A stretch of DNA of 64,000 nucleotides from Octopus vulgaris (lineage: Eukaryota), in the NCBI GenBank assembly GCA_951406725.2, contig OX597834.1, positions 3,720,001 to 3,784,000 of the forward strand, written 5' to 3'. Below the pieces are notes generated by a model, which was given only the letters and a program-made list of their open reading frames with translations, searched no databases and was not told the DNA's origin. How positions within the stretch are numbered: the first letter of the stretch is position 1; every line of letters starts with the position of its first letter. Positions 39,965 to 51,958 of this stretch are shown piece after piece. The translations under genes were made by a program, and so were the position numbers.

Positions 39965-40450
39965 GAGGTTACTCTGAAAGTATTGTTGCTAAAATAAGAA
40001 TAAGATGGAGAAAATCTAGAGATTTATTGGCAACAAAAGGCCTCTTTCTCAGATTGAAAGGTAGATTATATGATGCTTGTGTATGAACAGCTATGCTCCA
40101 TGGTAGTGAGTCGTGGGTCCTGAATGCAGACAACATGTGTGGACTGCAGAAGAATGAAGCTAGCATTCTCCAATAGATGTGCAACATGTGTGACATAGTG
40201 CAAATGTGTGCTGAAAATTTGGACATAAGAGGAATCACATGTAGCATGCAAGAGAGAAGACTACATTAGTTTTGACATGTGATGCATATGAATGAAGACA
40301 GCAGTGCCAGTCACTTAAAGTGGGTTGCACCTGTGGAGGAGAAGACCCAGGAAGATATGGTATGAAGAAGTGAGGGCCAATCTCGAGATATTGAGCTTGA
40401 AGGAGGAGGTGACAGTGGAGTGAGGTTCCTGAAAAGACCCACCCACTGAG
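39965..40450 (+). mobile_element. RTE LINE 3' fragment (related: 45800-46150 -, 58380-58540 +, 63405-63695 +)
   Basis: KGLFLRLKGRLYDACV..MLHGSESW..RGRPRK.W motifs; degenerate. Confidence 0.7.
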
Positions 40451-40734
40451 TTGTGGAAATACTGTGTATTCCACCCACATGTAACATTAATTTGCATACC
40501 CTACTCCAATGAACTAAACCACATCTCTTCTTCATGGACGATATTTTTCTCTCTCCCACCCCAACTCCTGCAGCCCAACAGAATCTCTCTTTTCTGTCTT
40601 CCTTCAACCAACCGTATCCATTGTTGCCCTGTCACTCCCTTGTAGACCCACGTTTCATCACTCACTACTTTCCTCTTAGGACTTGATGCATTTTCATATC
40701 CTTGTCCCAATCTTTGAACTCTCTCTTGAGGATC

Positions 40735-41146
40735 TCTCTCTTTACTCTTTTACTTGTTTCAGTCATTTGACTGCGGCCATGCTGGAGCACCGCCTTTAGT
40801 CGAGCAAATCGACCCCGGGACTTATTCTTTGTAAGCCCAGTACTTATTCTATCGGTCTCTTATGCCAAACCGCTAAGTGACGGGGACGTAAACACACCAG
40901 CATCGGTTGTCAAGCAATGCTAGGGGGACAAACACAGACACACATGCACAAACACACACACACATACATATATACATATATACAACAGGCTTCTTTCAGT
41001 TTCCGTCTACCAAATCCACTCACAAGGCATTGGTCGGCCCGGGACTATAGCAGAAGACACTTGCCCAAGATGCCACGCAGTGGGACTGAACCCGGAACCA
41101 TGTGGTTGGTAAGCAAGCTACTTACCACACAGCCACTCCTGCGCCT
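40735..41146 (-). mobile_element. SINE family 1 copy
   Basis: Similar to 10249-10653. Confidence 0.9.
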
Positions 41147-41757
41147 ATAGCATGCCTCAAAGGTAACTCCTTCGTCTGGTTCCGGTATTGAGTTTGCAAC
41201 ATAATTTGGCAAGAACATCTTTTCAACATTTTTGGACAACTTACTATTCATTAATTGCACCATTTATTGTTGTAATAGCAATCGTTGTTGTTGTTGCTGT
41301 TTTTGCAACTCAAAAGCAAAACCGGTCGATAATTCTTCCATAATCTTATGATTTTGTATACCTTAAAATTTCATAACTCCTTAGGAGTTTGTTTAATTCC
41401 TCATCGTCGCTGTTGTAATCTAACGTCAGACTGTTGTGACGTTCTCTCTGGTAGATCAGTATAGTTAGTTAGACAAGTAAGACATGACTACTTATGTCTG
41501 ACTTCGTCGACTTCTCGATCACTCAACTTCCTACATCACTGTCTTTGTAACGACTAGCACATACCACTTGTCACGTGGGAGGGGTGTTCCATTATTATTA
41601 TTATTATCATCCCCATAACAGTTATATATCCCAGTGCCTCAGTAATTACAGGTATAAACCTGAACTTGTATGTATTTACGAATTTACAAAATGCTAAACT
41701 TCTGCAATGTTTTTCATATTTTCACAGTATCTTTAATGGCTATTTATGTATACTTAC

Positions 41758-41886
41758 AACTCCCCACCATAAGGCATCAGCATAGCTTGCAAAGTCTTTT
41801 TTACCTTCTTTCCTCTCTGCCAGGTAGACAAAATAGGATGAGAAAATCAGACCTAAAAATCCGATATATAGGGTAGTTATCAACTC
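41758..41886 (-). CDS. KCNQ1: KCNQ1 exon 6 (S5, turret, pore helix)
   Basis: [43 protein letters not shown]; has Leu, not Trp, at the retigabine-site position, as in KCNQ1; 129 nt. Confidence 0.98.
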
Positions 41887-42169
41887 CTGAAAATATATAT
41901 AAAGAAAAAGAATAGAGACCAAAAGTTATAGTTTGATAGTTTTGTTTGTGTATATACTTATAAAATCAAATAATAACAATGCAAATAACAAATTTTTTTC
42001 CTCTTTAATCTTCCATATCTTAAGAATAAGGAATTGTATATATTATGGAATACCAGAATAAATTCATTAAATTATTTAATATGACTCCCATGAAATTTTC
42101 TAAATTCAAATCCCTCTACACTTGACTGCTTATCACCCCTCAGAAGATTTAATGGAGTGTATACAGTTC

Positions 42170-42456
42170 TATATTTAAGAGATGAGGAATTATTTACATT
42201 ATTTACATTATTTACATTTGATGGCTATTTGTCCTCATCTTGTTTGTTGTTAACACAACATTTCAGCTGATATACCCTCCAGCCTTCATCAGGTGTCTTG
42301 GGGAAATTTCGAACCTGGGTTCTCATTCCTAAGATATTTTTTGATGTTGTTGTTATTATTATTATTATTATTACTATTATTCAGGTCACTGCCTGGAATC
42401 AAACTCAGGATCTTGGAGTTAGTAGCCCACACTCTTAACCACTACGCCATATGCCC
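42170..42456 (-). mobile_element. tRNA-headed SINE-like element containing a hammerhead motif
   Basis: Head GGGCATATGGCGTAGTGGTTAAG..GAGTTTGATTCC, internal (AAT)n, hammerhead 42253-42296, (TGTAAATAA)n end. Confidence 0.65.
42253..42296 (-). ncRNA. Minimal hammerhead-like motif within a tRNA-headed repeat
   Basis: ACAC-CUGAUGA-A-GGCUG...CAGCU-GAAA-UGUU-GUGU. Confidence 0.55.
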
Positions 42457-43540
42457 ATTGGAAATTATGGAGTGAATTTTAGAGCTTATAAATCTAATAT
42501 TCTCCTGTCCTTCCTTAATACCGGTTCCCATATACCGTTCATATCTGCACTTGGGCTGCTTAGGAGGTTGTTGTGTCCAGGGGCCAAATTTTAATCTGTA
42601 TATCTCATGATTTACTTTCAATAAATAAATAATATAGGCCCAGTGCATTGCTTTGCCAAGGGGCCTGTAATAATGCAAAGATGGCTCTGAGTAAAAAGAA
42701 AGCAGTAGAGAAACGAAGCATGTTCTTAAATAACGCCAAGTGAAGAGAAGTACCATGTTGAATAACGTTATATGTGAGCCCTGCCGAAGCAATTGTTAGG
42801 ATTGAAACTAAGTGAATGTCATAAACATGTGGTCGAGTATACCTTCATGTTTGTCACTTTCTCACCCAAATAGAAAAGGACAAAAATGGTGATAGTAATG
42901 ATATTTCTAATGACTCTGTATGTTGTTCTATGTATCTAAAGTTAGGTCAAGTGGAGGATTACATGGTATTGCTCATACCTTTCCTCAGATTATTAGCAAT
43001 GATATAAAATTATTTAAAATAGAAAACTGGAAGGGATGCAGCACGGAACTTTGTCAGTGAACAGGCGGCGGTCTTAAAGCGACGAAAATATTTTGACAAA
43101 TTAAACTTAAATGTTGAAGTGAATCGAACGGCTTTTGTGTGTTTTTAAATGGCTTATAAACACCTTCCACGCTGCAATTGTTTTCGTTTCAGCACACGAT
43201 CTCAGAGCAAATCACTTGCTATGCAAGTACATCTCCGAAACTGAAATTGATAATTGCAATCACCAAATGAGAATGTTGATACTAATATCAAGGTAGAAAT
43301 GGTAAACCACCAGACTATTAGCAATATTTAATCTCAAATATTTAATCCAAATCCTATTATGGTCAACATTGCCTCTCATCCCTGCAGCATCAATGAATTA
43401 GGTGCATGTCGTGTATTTAAGTCAATTCCATTGTTAATACTTTGTCCTTTAATATGAGTCAATGTTAAAAATCAATAATGAAATGTGTTTTTTTTTCAGA
43501 TTTGAAAGTCATCAACACATTTTTAAGACAAAATACATAC

Positions 43541-43637
43541 CTGCCTATGCAGGTATATCACAGAACCAAGTAATCTCCATGTCCCTCCTTGTCTGTCAAC
43601 ATGGAGCATACGAAGGATTTGCAAGAAACGAACTCCT
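43541..43637 (-). CDS. KCNQ1: KCNQ1 exon 5 (S4 voltage sensor, S4-S5 linker)
   Basis: [32 protein letters not shown], with the KCNQ1-diagnostic LHVDRQ; CAG acceptor and GTATGT donor; 97 nt. Confidence 0.98.
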
Positions 43638-43809
43638 CTGAAAATTTAAAGACAGTTTTTAAAAACTTGAAAATAATACATATATTAATATTTCACTCAG
43701 GCATTGAGATGCTAATAACCTGGTGTTAGAACTCATTATACAGATACTTCAGTACAAAGTGTCAGTCAAGTACAGAGCAGTAATAAGAAATTGGGATGAT
43801 AAAGGAATC

Positions 43810-44119
43810 AACAATTATATGAATTGCATTGGCTTACAACTGTTTCTGCTATGGGGTACAATGCACTCATAGTTGAGTGCTTGAGTATCACCCTACAGCT
43901 TCGTCAGCACTTCAAACATGAAGTGTAATTTTCTTAGGAAAACATTTACATTTATATATATACATAGAAAAGCATTATACATATATGTAAGTATTCTCCC
44001 AAATAAATTGCGCTTCGTGTTTAAAGCTCTGATGAAGCTCCAGGATAATATTCAAGCACTCAACTATGAGTGTATTGCAGAAACAACTGTAAACTAATCA
44101 GGTTCATAACATAATTGTT
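43810..44119. mobile_element. Inverted-arm repeat with degenerate hammerhead cores on both strands
   Basis: ~140-bp imperfect inverted arms; CTGACGA..GAAAC..GTA (-) and CTGATGA..GAAAC..GTA (+). Confidence 0.6.
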
Positions 44120-44290
44120 TATTTCCTTTATCATCTCATTTTCTTATACATACATACATACATACATACATACATACATACATACATACATTCATACATA
44201 CATACATACATACATACATACATACATACATACATACATACATACATACATACATACATACATACATACATACATACATACATACATACA

Positions 44291-45280
44291 TTATGGCTGC
44301 CCCTCGTTATCGAATATGGCCATTGCACAAAGCTTAACTGTTACTGGTGCTGTGATCGAATGTGACTTTTTAGCCCAGCTAAAGATCTACAATGTCTTGT
44401 ACAGAATTGGCAGCTAAAACCTTTACCGGTAATAGCTGGCTGTAGTTGTAACTGGGCTTCATGTACCTTTGCATGTCGTTTAAGTCCTCCTGCCGAATTA
44501 CACTCTCTTCCACATGCCCGACAGATATGATTAGTATAGTGTGTTACACCACCACAAGTGGCCAGGTTGTCACTCATCTGTCTCGCTTTATGACTACGAA
44601 GATGACTCATGAGTCCAGCTTTACTGAGGCAGGGTCTTGCACAGACATTGCATGTCAGCATCAAAGGAGGACCCTTCCCGTCTGGAAGTGTAACAGCGAT
44701 GTCCTTCCTGACAACCCTCCTTACTTTCTCATGTGCAACTCGAGATTTCTCAAAAGTGGCTGTCCCCTCATGCACAATCCTTCTCCACCTGCTACGATCA
44801 ATAGCTATGCCTTCCCATGTGTCAGGAGAGATGCAAGCATCTCTTAAGGAAGCCTTCAGCAAGTCCTTATACCTCTTTTTTGGTTTATGTGGAGGTCATT
44901 CTCCTTTAGCTAACTCTCCATAAAAGAGTTGTTTTGGCATCCTTGAATCCTTCATTCTGACCAGATGACCACTCCATCTGAGCCTTTGCTTTAACACAAG
45001 AGCTTCTATACTTTCACACCGAGAGCCTTCCAATATTTCAAGATCACTGATGCGGTCCTTCCACTTAATGCCATAGATCCGTCTGAGGCACATCTGATGG
45101 AAATGTTCCAGTTGTTTAAGGTGGTATCGATATCTGACCCACGTCTCGCAGGCATAGAGAAGAGAAGGGAGCACACATGCCTTGTACACCTTTATCTTTG
45201 TCTTTCTGCATATGCCTTGTCGACTCCAGAGGTGCTTTTCTAGCCTTCTGAAAGCAACACTTGCTTTCCTAATTCTATAT
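44291..45280 (-). mobile_element. RTE-clade LINE 3' part with three C-terminal C2H2 zinc fingers
   Basis: YKACVLPSLLYACETW..RLRWSGHLVRM..RMPKQLFYGEL; three CxxC..HxxxH-type fingers; one in-frame stop near 44896. Confidence 0.9.
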
Positions 45281-45283
45281 GGA

Positions 45284-45348
<65 letters not shown>

Positions 45349-46348
45349 CATACATACATACATACATACATACATACATGCATGCATACATACATATATA
45401 CATACATATGTGTATGAGTCTGTTTGATATACATACATGCACACACATATGTACATACATACATGCACACATACACTCACTCACACACACACACATACAC
45501 ACACGAAATTATATATTTAAAATAAAAAGCAGAAATGTATAAATTTCACATATAGCTCACAATAAAATTGTTCTCTACAGCTGTTTTAATGGAATAAAAC
45601 ATCAAAGTTCAAAGAGTGCTTTTTACATGTCACCAGTACAGGTGCCAGGTATGTGGACACTTCACTGGCCATGACTACAATTTCACTTGGCTTGACAGAT
45701 TATCTCAAGCACAGCATATTGCCCAATGTCCGAAGGGTGCTTTTTATGTGCCATGACTGCGGTTTCACTTGGCTTGGCAAGTCTTCTCAAGCATGGCGCA
45801 TCGCCAAAGGTCTTGGTCTCTTGTCATTGCCTCCATCTGAAGATCATGCTTCATCACTTCATCCCATGGGTCTGCCTCTTCCATGGGTCCCCTCCATAGT
45901 TAGAGATTGGCATTTTTTCACACACCTCTCCTTGTCCATACACATCACATGACCATACCAGCACAGTCACCTCTTTGGCACACCACACCTGATGCCTCTT
46001 ATGCCCAACTTTTCTCTCATAACATTTACACTCTATTGTACATGCACACTGACATTGCACATTCAGCAGAACATACTGGCTGCATTTCTTTCAAGCCTTT
46101 GGAAGTCCTTGGTGGTCACAGCTCATGTGTTACTGCCATGGAGCATGTATTATATACACAATCCAGAATCCTTGTCCGGTGCTGGATTGATCCCAAAATC
46201 CAATCAGTTTGTGCCAGTCTCAAGGCCAAAAATCCCTGAAATTTTCATCCAGATCCATCCAGTGGTTCTTTAGATATCTTGTCCACAGACAAACAAACAA
46301 ACAGCCAAACAAAACAGAAAACAATACCTCCGCCTTAGCAAAGGCAAA

Positions 46349-46420
<72 letters not shown>

Positions 46421-46437
46421 AATAATAATAGTAATTT

Positions 46438-46800
46438 AAGCAGATGACGTGTCTCAAAAAGAAATGGAGAAACTTTCAAAATACAAAGACCTGGAAATAG
46501 AGGTAACCAGAATGTGGAATCTAAAAGCAGAAACAATTCCTATCATAGTAGGCACATTAGGCATGATAAAAAATATTCAGACAAATACATAACAAAAACA
46601 CCAGGACTTACAAACACATATAACATACAGAAAATTGCACTACTAGGCACTGCACACATCCTACGCAGAACACTTTCAATACAGTAACCATCAGAGCATC
46701 ACAGCAAACCACAGCACATACCCAAGGCACACAGAGCTGCGCTCGGTAGTGCAGTGAAAGCACGCTATAAAAATAAAACTACTGAATAATAATAATAATA
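46438..46800 (+). mobile_element. R4/Dong-like LINE 3' end, subfamily B
   Basis: Nearly identical to 26550-26912; (TAA)n on both sides. Confidence 0.9.
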
Positions 46801-46805
46801 ATTAC

Positions 46806-46884
46806 CGGATGGCAGAAGTGGCAAATACTTGTCCCTCGGAGCCAATAGTAAAGACGACAATTGATGCAACAACAACAATAAAAT
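46806..46884 (-). CDS. KCNQ1: KCNQ1 exon 4 (S3)
   Basis: TTTGCAG acceptor; DFIVVVASIVVFTIGSEGQVFATSAIR; GTAATT donor; 79 nt. Confidence 0.97.
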
Positions 46885-47952
46885 CTGCAAAGCAAAAATT
46901 AAATAAGAATCAGTTTCAACTAATTCAGGAAGTTTTTAAATATAAAAAGGATTTTTATGCCTTGTGTTAGCTTATAAAAGTGTGTTGAAAGTTGAATGAA
47001 TAGGACACTGAACAAAATAACAAGAGGTCAGATGCTTGTATGCTGTGACCACCACACTGTTGGGACAGTGGCTAAAATACTTAAATATCAATGGTCATCG
47101 TAAAAAAAAAAATTGCCAGTAGAACAGCGTTGGACAAAATATCTTAGAGTATAGTTAAGTTAAGTTAATTTTGGGGCTCAAAAAGCAAAAGCAAGGCCAT
47201 GTAGGGGGACATGGAGTTATCTACAGGGAGGGTGTTCATGCAAAGAGTTCAGGCCATTTCTGGTCAAGAGAGACTTTGAACCGAGCGGTCGTCAGCATCT
47301 TCACTATCTCGTCCGGTAGCTTATTCCACGGATCAGCAACCCGGACGGAGAAAGCCCCTCTCCTTCGATTGAGATGAAATCGTTGCAGATAGAGCTTTTC
47401 GGAATGACCCCGCAGCCGACGCTTTGGAGCAGGAGTGGAGAACAGCTCTTTCGAGAGGTTACACTTTCTGCTTATGATGTTGTGAGCAAGGATGAGATCA
47501 CCTCGGCATCGTCGTTCCCTTTCATCTATGCTGTGAATTCTATTCTTTTGCTGAAATTTTATAAAATTAGTAACAGTTATACCCTAGGACCAACTGAATT
47601 AACTATGCTACCCACAAAAATATTTAGCTTTGCTGCAAATCTAAAATAGTCTTATTATGGTAAAAATTTGTTCTTCTCCTGCCTTATTTTGCGTCAAGTG
47701 GAAGAGTAAGATGAGAGAAATGCTTATTCTTCAGACCAGTGGTTCTCAACCATCTTTTGCCTGAAGAAGACCCTTTTGATTCCCAGTTTACTCTGTTGGA
47801 CCCCAGTGTTAAAAAACATGCTATTATATTTTTATAATTAGATATTAAGAATATTAATATTAATATTATGAGAGAGTGAGAGAGAGAGAGAAAGAAGCGG
47901 GAGAGAGGGAGAGTGGAAGAAGGAGAGGAAGAGGGAGAGAGAGGGGGAGAGG

Positions 47953-47996
<44 letters not shown>

Positions 47997-48867
47997 TTTT
48001 CAATACATAAGAATAATCTATCACTCTGTGTCTGCCTTTTTCATTCAGTTACTGCTTGTTCTGTGCTTTTCCAGGTTCAATTCTTAAGAATAATCTGGAA
48101 TTCTGCACTCACATTCTTCATTCTAGTATCTCTCTCTCCCTCTCTCTCACACACTCACATATATGACACATGCATACACTTATGTATAAAGAGAGAGTGA
48201 GAGAGAGAGAGATGCCAGCCTCTCACTCCTGTCCCTCTATTTACCCCCAACACACTCATACTCCCTATTTAACCTCTTGGTCATGTTCACATTGGAAGAA
48301 TAGAAATATATATTTCTTTACTACCCAACAAGGGGCTAAACACAGAGGGGACAAATAAGGACAGACAAACGGATTAAGTCGATTACATTGACCCCAGTGC
48401 GTAACTGGTACTTAAGTTATCGACCCCGAAAGGATGAAAGGCAAAGTCGACCTCGGCGGAGTTTGAACACAGAACGTAACGGCAGACGAAATACGGCTAC
48501 GTATTTCGCCCGGCGTGCTAACGTTTCTGCCAGCTCGCCGCCTTATAGAATAGAAGAATAGAAATATAGAGTAGAAAGGACTCCAGTTTTGCAAGAAATG
48601 GCCTCTTTAATGCTAAAATACTGATGCCAAGATAAAATGATAGAAGCGTGGAATAAAACTTATTTTTTACTTCCACCATATAAACTATGCTATCCAAATG
48701 ATAAAGTGTGATTTTTAAAATTATTTTATTTTTCAGTCAAATAAATGAATAATTGATATTGGCACGATGTGTTTATTGGTTTCTATAAGATATTACCTGG
48801 TTGACATCAAACACCAATCAAAGTTAAATGTTGCTCGACTGACCAGCAAAATTGTAAGGAAACTTAC

Positions 48868-48994
48868 CAATAACAGATATTGGTTTTCTAGCAAACCGTA
48901 GTCGTCCAGAAACACCCATGTATTTACTTCGACAACCGGCTGACCAGAGACGTATTATATATTCAAATCCGAAAAAAAATACCAGCACAACTTC
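48868..48994 (-). CDS. KCNQ1: KCNQ1 exon 3 (S2, S2-S3 loop)
   Basis: TTTTCAG acceptor; [42 protein letters not shown]; GTAAGT donor; 127 nt. Confidence 0.97.
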
Positions 48995-49170
48995 CTGAAA
49001 AGAAAAGGAAATTGAGACAAATACTGTATTAGAAATAATTCAAATTCTGTCCCCAAAAATACATCTCTCAGTTGTGTATACGTGAAATTAGAACTTAAGG
49101 GTTAATCAAAAGTTGGGATGGAATTTATTTGACCGAAATTTATGCCAAGTGTATATCTTTTAGCAATGTA

Positions 49171-49335
49171 GGCGTAGGAGTGGCTGTGTGGTAAGTAGCT
49201 TGTTTACCAACCACATGGTTCCGAGTTCAGTCCCACTGTGTGACATCTTGGGCAAGTGTCTTCTACTATAGCCTCGGGCTGACCAAAGCCTTGTGAGTGG
49301 ATTTGGTAGACGGAAACTGAAAGAAGCCCGTCGTA

Positions 49336-49377
<42 letters not shown>

Positions 49378-49590
49378 TGTGTGTGTTTGTGTTTGTCCCC
49401 CTAGCATTGCTTGACAACAGATGCTGGTGTGTTTATGTCCCCGTTACTTAGCGGTTCGGCAAAAAGAGACCGATAGAATAAGTACTGGGCTTACAAAAGA
49501 ATAAGTCCCGGGGTCGAGTTGCTCGATTAAAGGTGGTGCTCCAGCATGGCCGCAGTCAAATGACTGAAACAAGTAAAAGAGTAAAAGAGT
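49171..49590 (+). mobile_element. SINE family 1 copy
   Basis: Similar to 15878-16302. Confidence 0.9.
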
Positions 49591-50899
49591 ATATCAATGA
49601 AGAATGCAAATACAGCATCCACCCAATCTTTATGTTAGTGTTCTGTACTGAGTTACAGAAAACTCCCTTGCTACTTTTGTTATTGGAGACACAGGGAACC
49701 TGTGACTGGTCCATTGGAGGCATTTAATGCTATTCCAACAGTTACACACTATTATTCAGCCATTGTGATACAAAACAACCGTCTTTAAAGTAGTGCTTCT
49801 ACTTCTCCCAGTGTTGCTGTTTTGATTGTTTTCATTAAGCAAACCTACAATTAATAGCATTCTATTCTGTGATCATTCTCTCTTATTTTCAGACATTATC
49901 TATTGTGTCCTTTCTTTAAGATGGTTGAAGGGGGTGGGGGTGACTGCTATTTCTAGTACACCAAGGGACCACTCTTGAACTGGCATTTTTGTTGAATGTT
50001 TTTCAGGTCTACTTGAAATACATTATTTGCAAATAAATGTATGCATGTGTGTATACCACTCTATGGATGTGTTTGTGTATTTGTATGCATGCGTATGTGT
50101 GTGTCATAACCAAATGGTTAAAAAGATTGCTTCACAATGATGACACTTTGGCTTAGTGGAGGCACATGGCCTAGTGGTTAGAGCAGCGAACTTGTGGTTG
50201 AGGGATCGCGGGTTCAAATCTCAGACCGGGCGATGTGTGTGTTTATGAGCGAAACACCTAAAGCTCCACGCAGCTCCGGCAGAAAGTAATGGCGAGCTTC
50301 TACTGACTCTTTTGCCACAACCTTCTTTCATTCTTTCCTCCTGCATCTTGCAGATCACCTGCGACAGACTGGCGTCCTGTCCAGGTGAGGAAACTATATG
50401 CCAAGAAAACCGGGAAACCAGCCCTTATGAGCCAGGCATAGCTCAAGAAGGAACAAAGAAGGAACACTTTGGCTTTGAACTACGTGAAGCCTTAAACATA
50501 TATCTTGAATCTACTGAAGCCCTCTGAGTGAAATTAGGCAGATGCAAACTGAGGGAACCTATCAGGTGAATTCTAGCAGTATGTCTGCTGATTCTATATG
50601 AGGATTACATTAACCCTTTAAGACCAACCCTGAGAATCTATGATACAAACTTCTTGCTTTAGTGTAATTTAGATTTAAATTTCTAAATTTTATATGCCCT
50701 AAACACCATTTAAAAAAATTTTCCTTTAACCCTAAAAACTTTTGACAGCAACAGAAGCAATGCAGAGTAAGAGCTCATTTATATCTGTTATATTTTCATT
50801 TCTTTTTTCTTCTTGTCAACCATAACTGAGGATCTTTTTATTCTATTAGGTTGTTTGGAAAATAATGGCCAATTTTAAAAATAAGCCTATATTTTTGGG

Positions 50900-51460
50900 A
50901 AACTGAACTTATACAAAGTTTAATTATTCAAAATATGATCCCTGAACAGCTATGCATTTCTCCCATCAATTAACAAGGTCATTTATGTCCCTTCTATAAA
51001 AATCCAAAGGTTTTGATGCTAAGAAATCCTTGAATTCAGTTTCAACTTTGGTTTTGGAATGGAAGGTTTTTTTGCCTTAAAAATGTGTTTAGATGCTTGA
51101 AAAAGTGATAGTCGGTGAGTGAGAGATCAGAAGAATATGGAAGATGTGGTAAAGTTTCACATCCCAAGTCTGTGAGCTTCTGCAGCATTATCCTGGAAAC
51201 ATGTGGTTGAACATTGTCATGGAGCAGATTAACAAGTGCATGTCTCACTTGGCTCAAGTCAACATGTTTTTCTTCCAGTTGCTTACAGTAAACTTCCGAT
51301 GTAATGCTTTGGTCAGGTTCCAAAAAACTTCCAATGTAATGTTCTGGTCAGGTTCCATTGTTTCCAAATGCTGATCATCAAGGGTGGATGGATATCCTCT
51401 ACCTTCTTGATCTTCAAGGCTCTCAGCCCACTACGGAATCTCTCAAACCACCGTCGTACC
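50900..51460 (-). mobile_element. Mariner transposase remnant
   Basis: VRRWFERFRSG; LLHDNVQPH..LPHLPYSSDLSLTDYHFF (YSPDLAP-D motif). Confidence 0.85.
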
Positions 51461-51867
51461 ATCTGTATATATACCTTCAGTGATGATATCAGAATGGAAT
51501 TTGGACTGAGAAAGTGCAGTGTGTTAATCTTGAAGAGAGGCAAAATCAAATGTATGGACGGGCTAACAATACCGTTGTGGGAGGTTATGAAGCAGATAGA
51601 AGAGATGGGCAATAAGTACTTGGGGAGTAAAGGGTCCACTTAATCTTTAAAAAGCTAAGACTTTCTGAAAAAAGATAGAAATGTGCTTGCGGATACCCTT
51701 CTACAATTTGTTAACAATCACCTCCAGAATTCTGCTTCTACTTGGATTAAGCTTTATGAATTAAATAAGGTTTCAGTTTTCTTTGTAGCAAAATATCTAT
51801 GATATTGCAAGTAACAACATTCTGAACCAAACCATCAATGAATTTATAAAGAGTGAAAATTCCTTAC

Positions 51868-51958
51868 CATCCAGAACAATGTTCCATTTGCAAATTCTGT
51901 ATATTGGTCAATGGTAGATAAGACACTGAATATAAGGCAGATTAAAACCATCATAAAC
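51868..51958 (-). CDS. KCNQ1: KCNQ1 exon 2 (S1, S1-S2 linker)
   Basis: TTTTCCACAG acceptor; [30 protein letters not shown]; GTAAGG donor; 91 nt. Confidence 0.97.

Noticed and set aside
44341-44862. C2H2 zinc-finger gene
   Set aside because: It is continuous with RTE reverse-transcriptase C-terminal motifs and so is part of a LINE.
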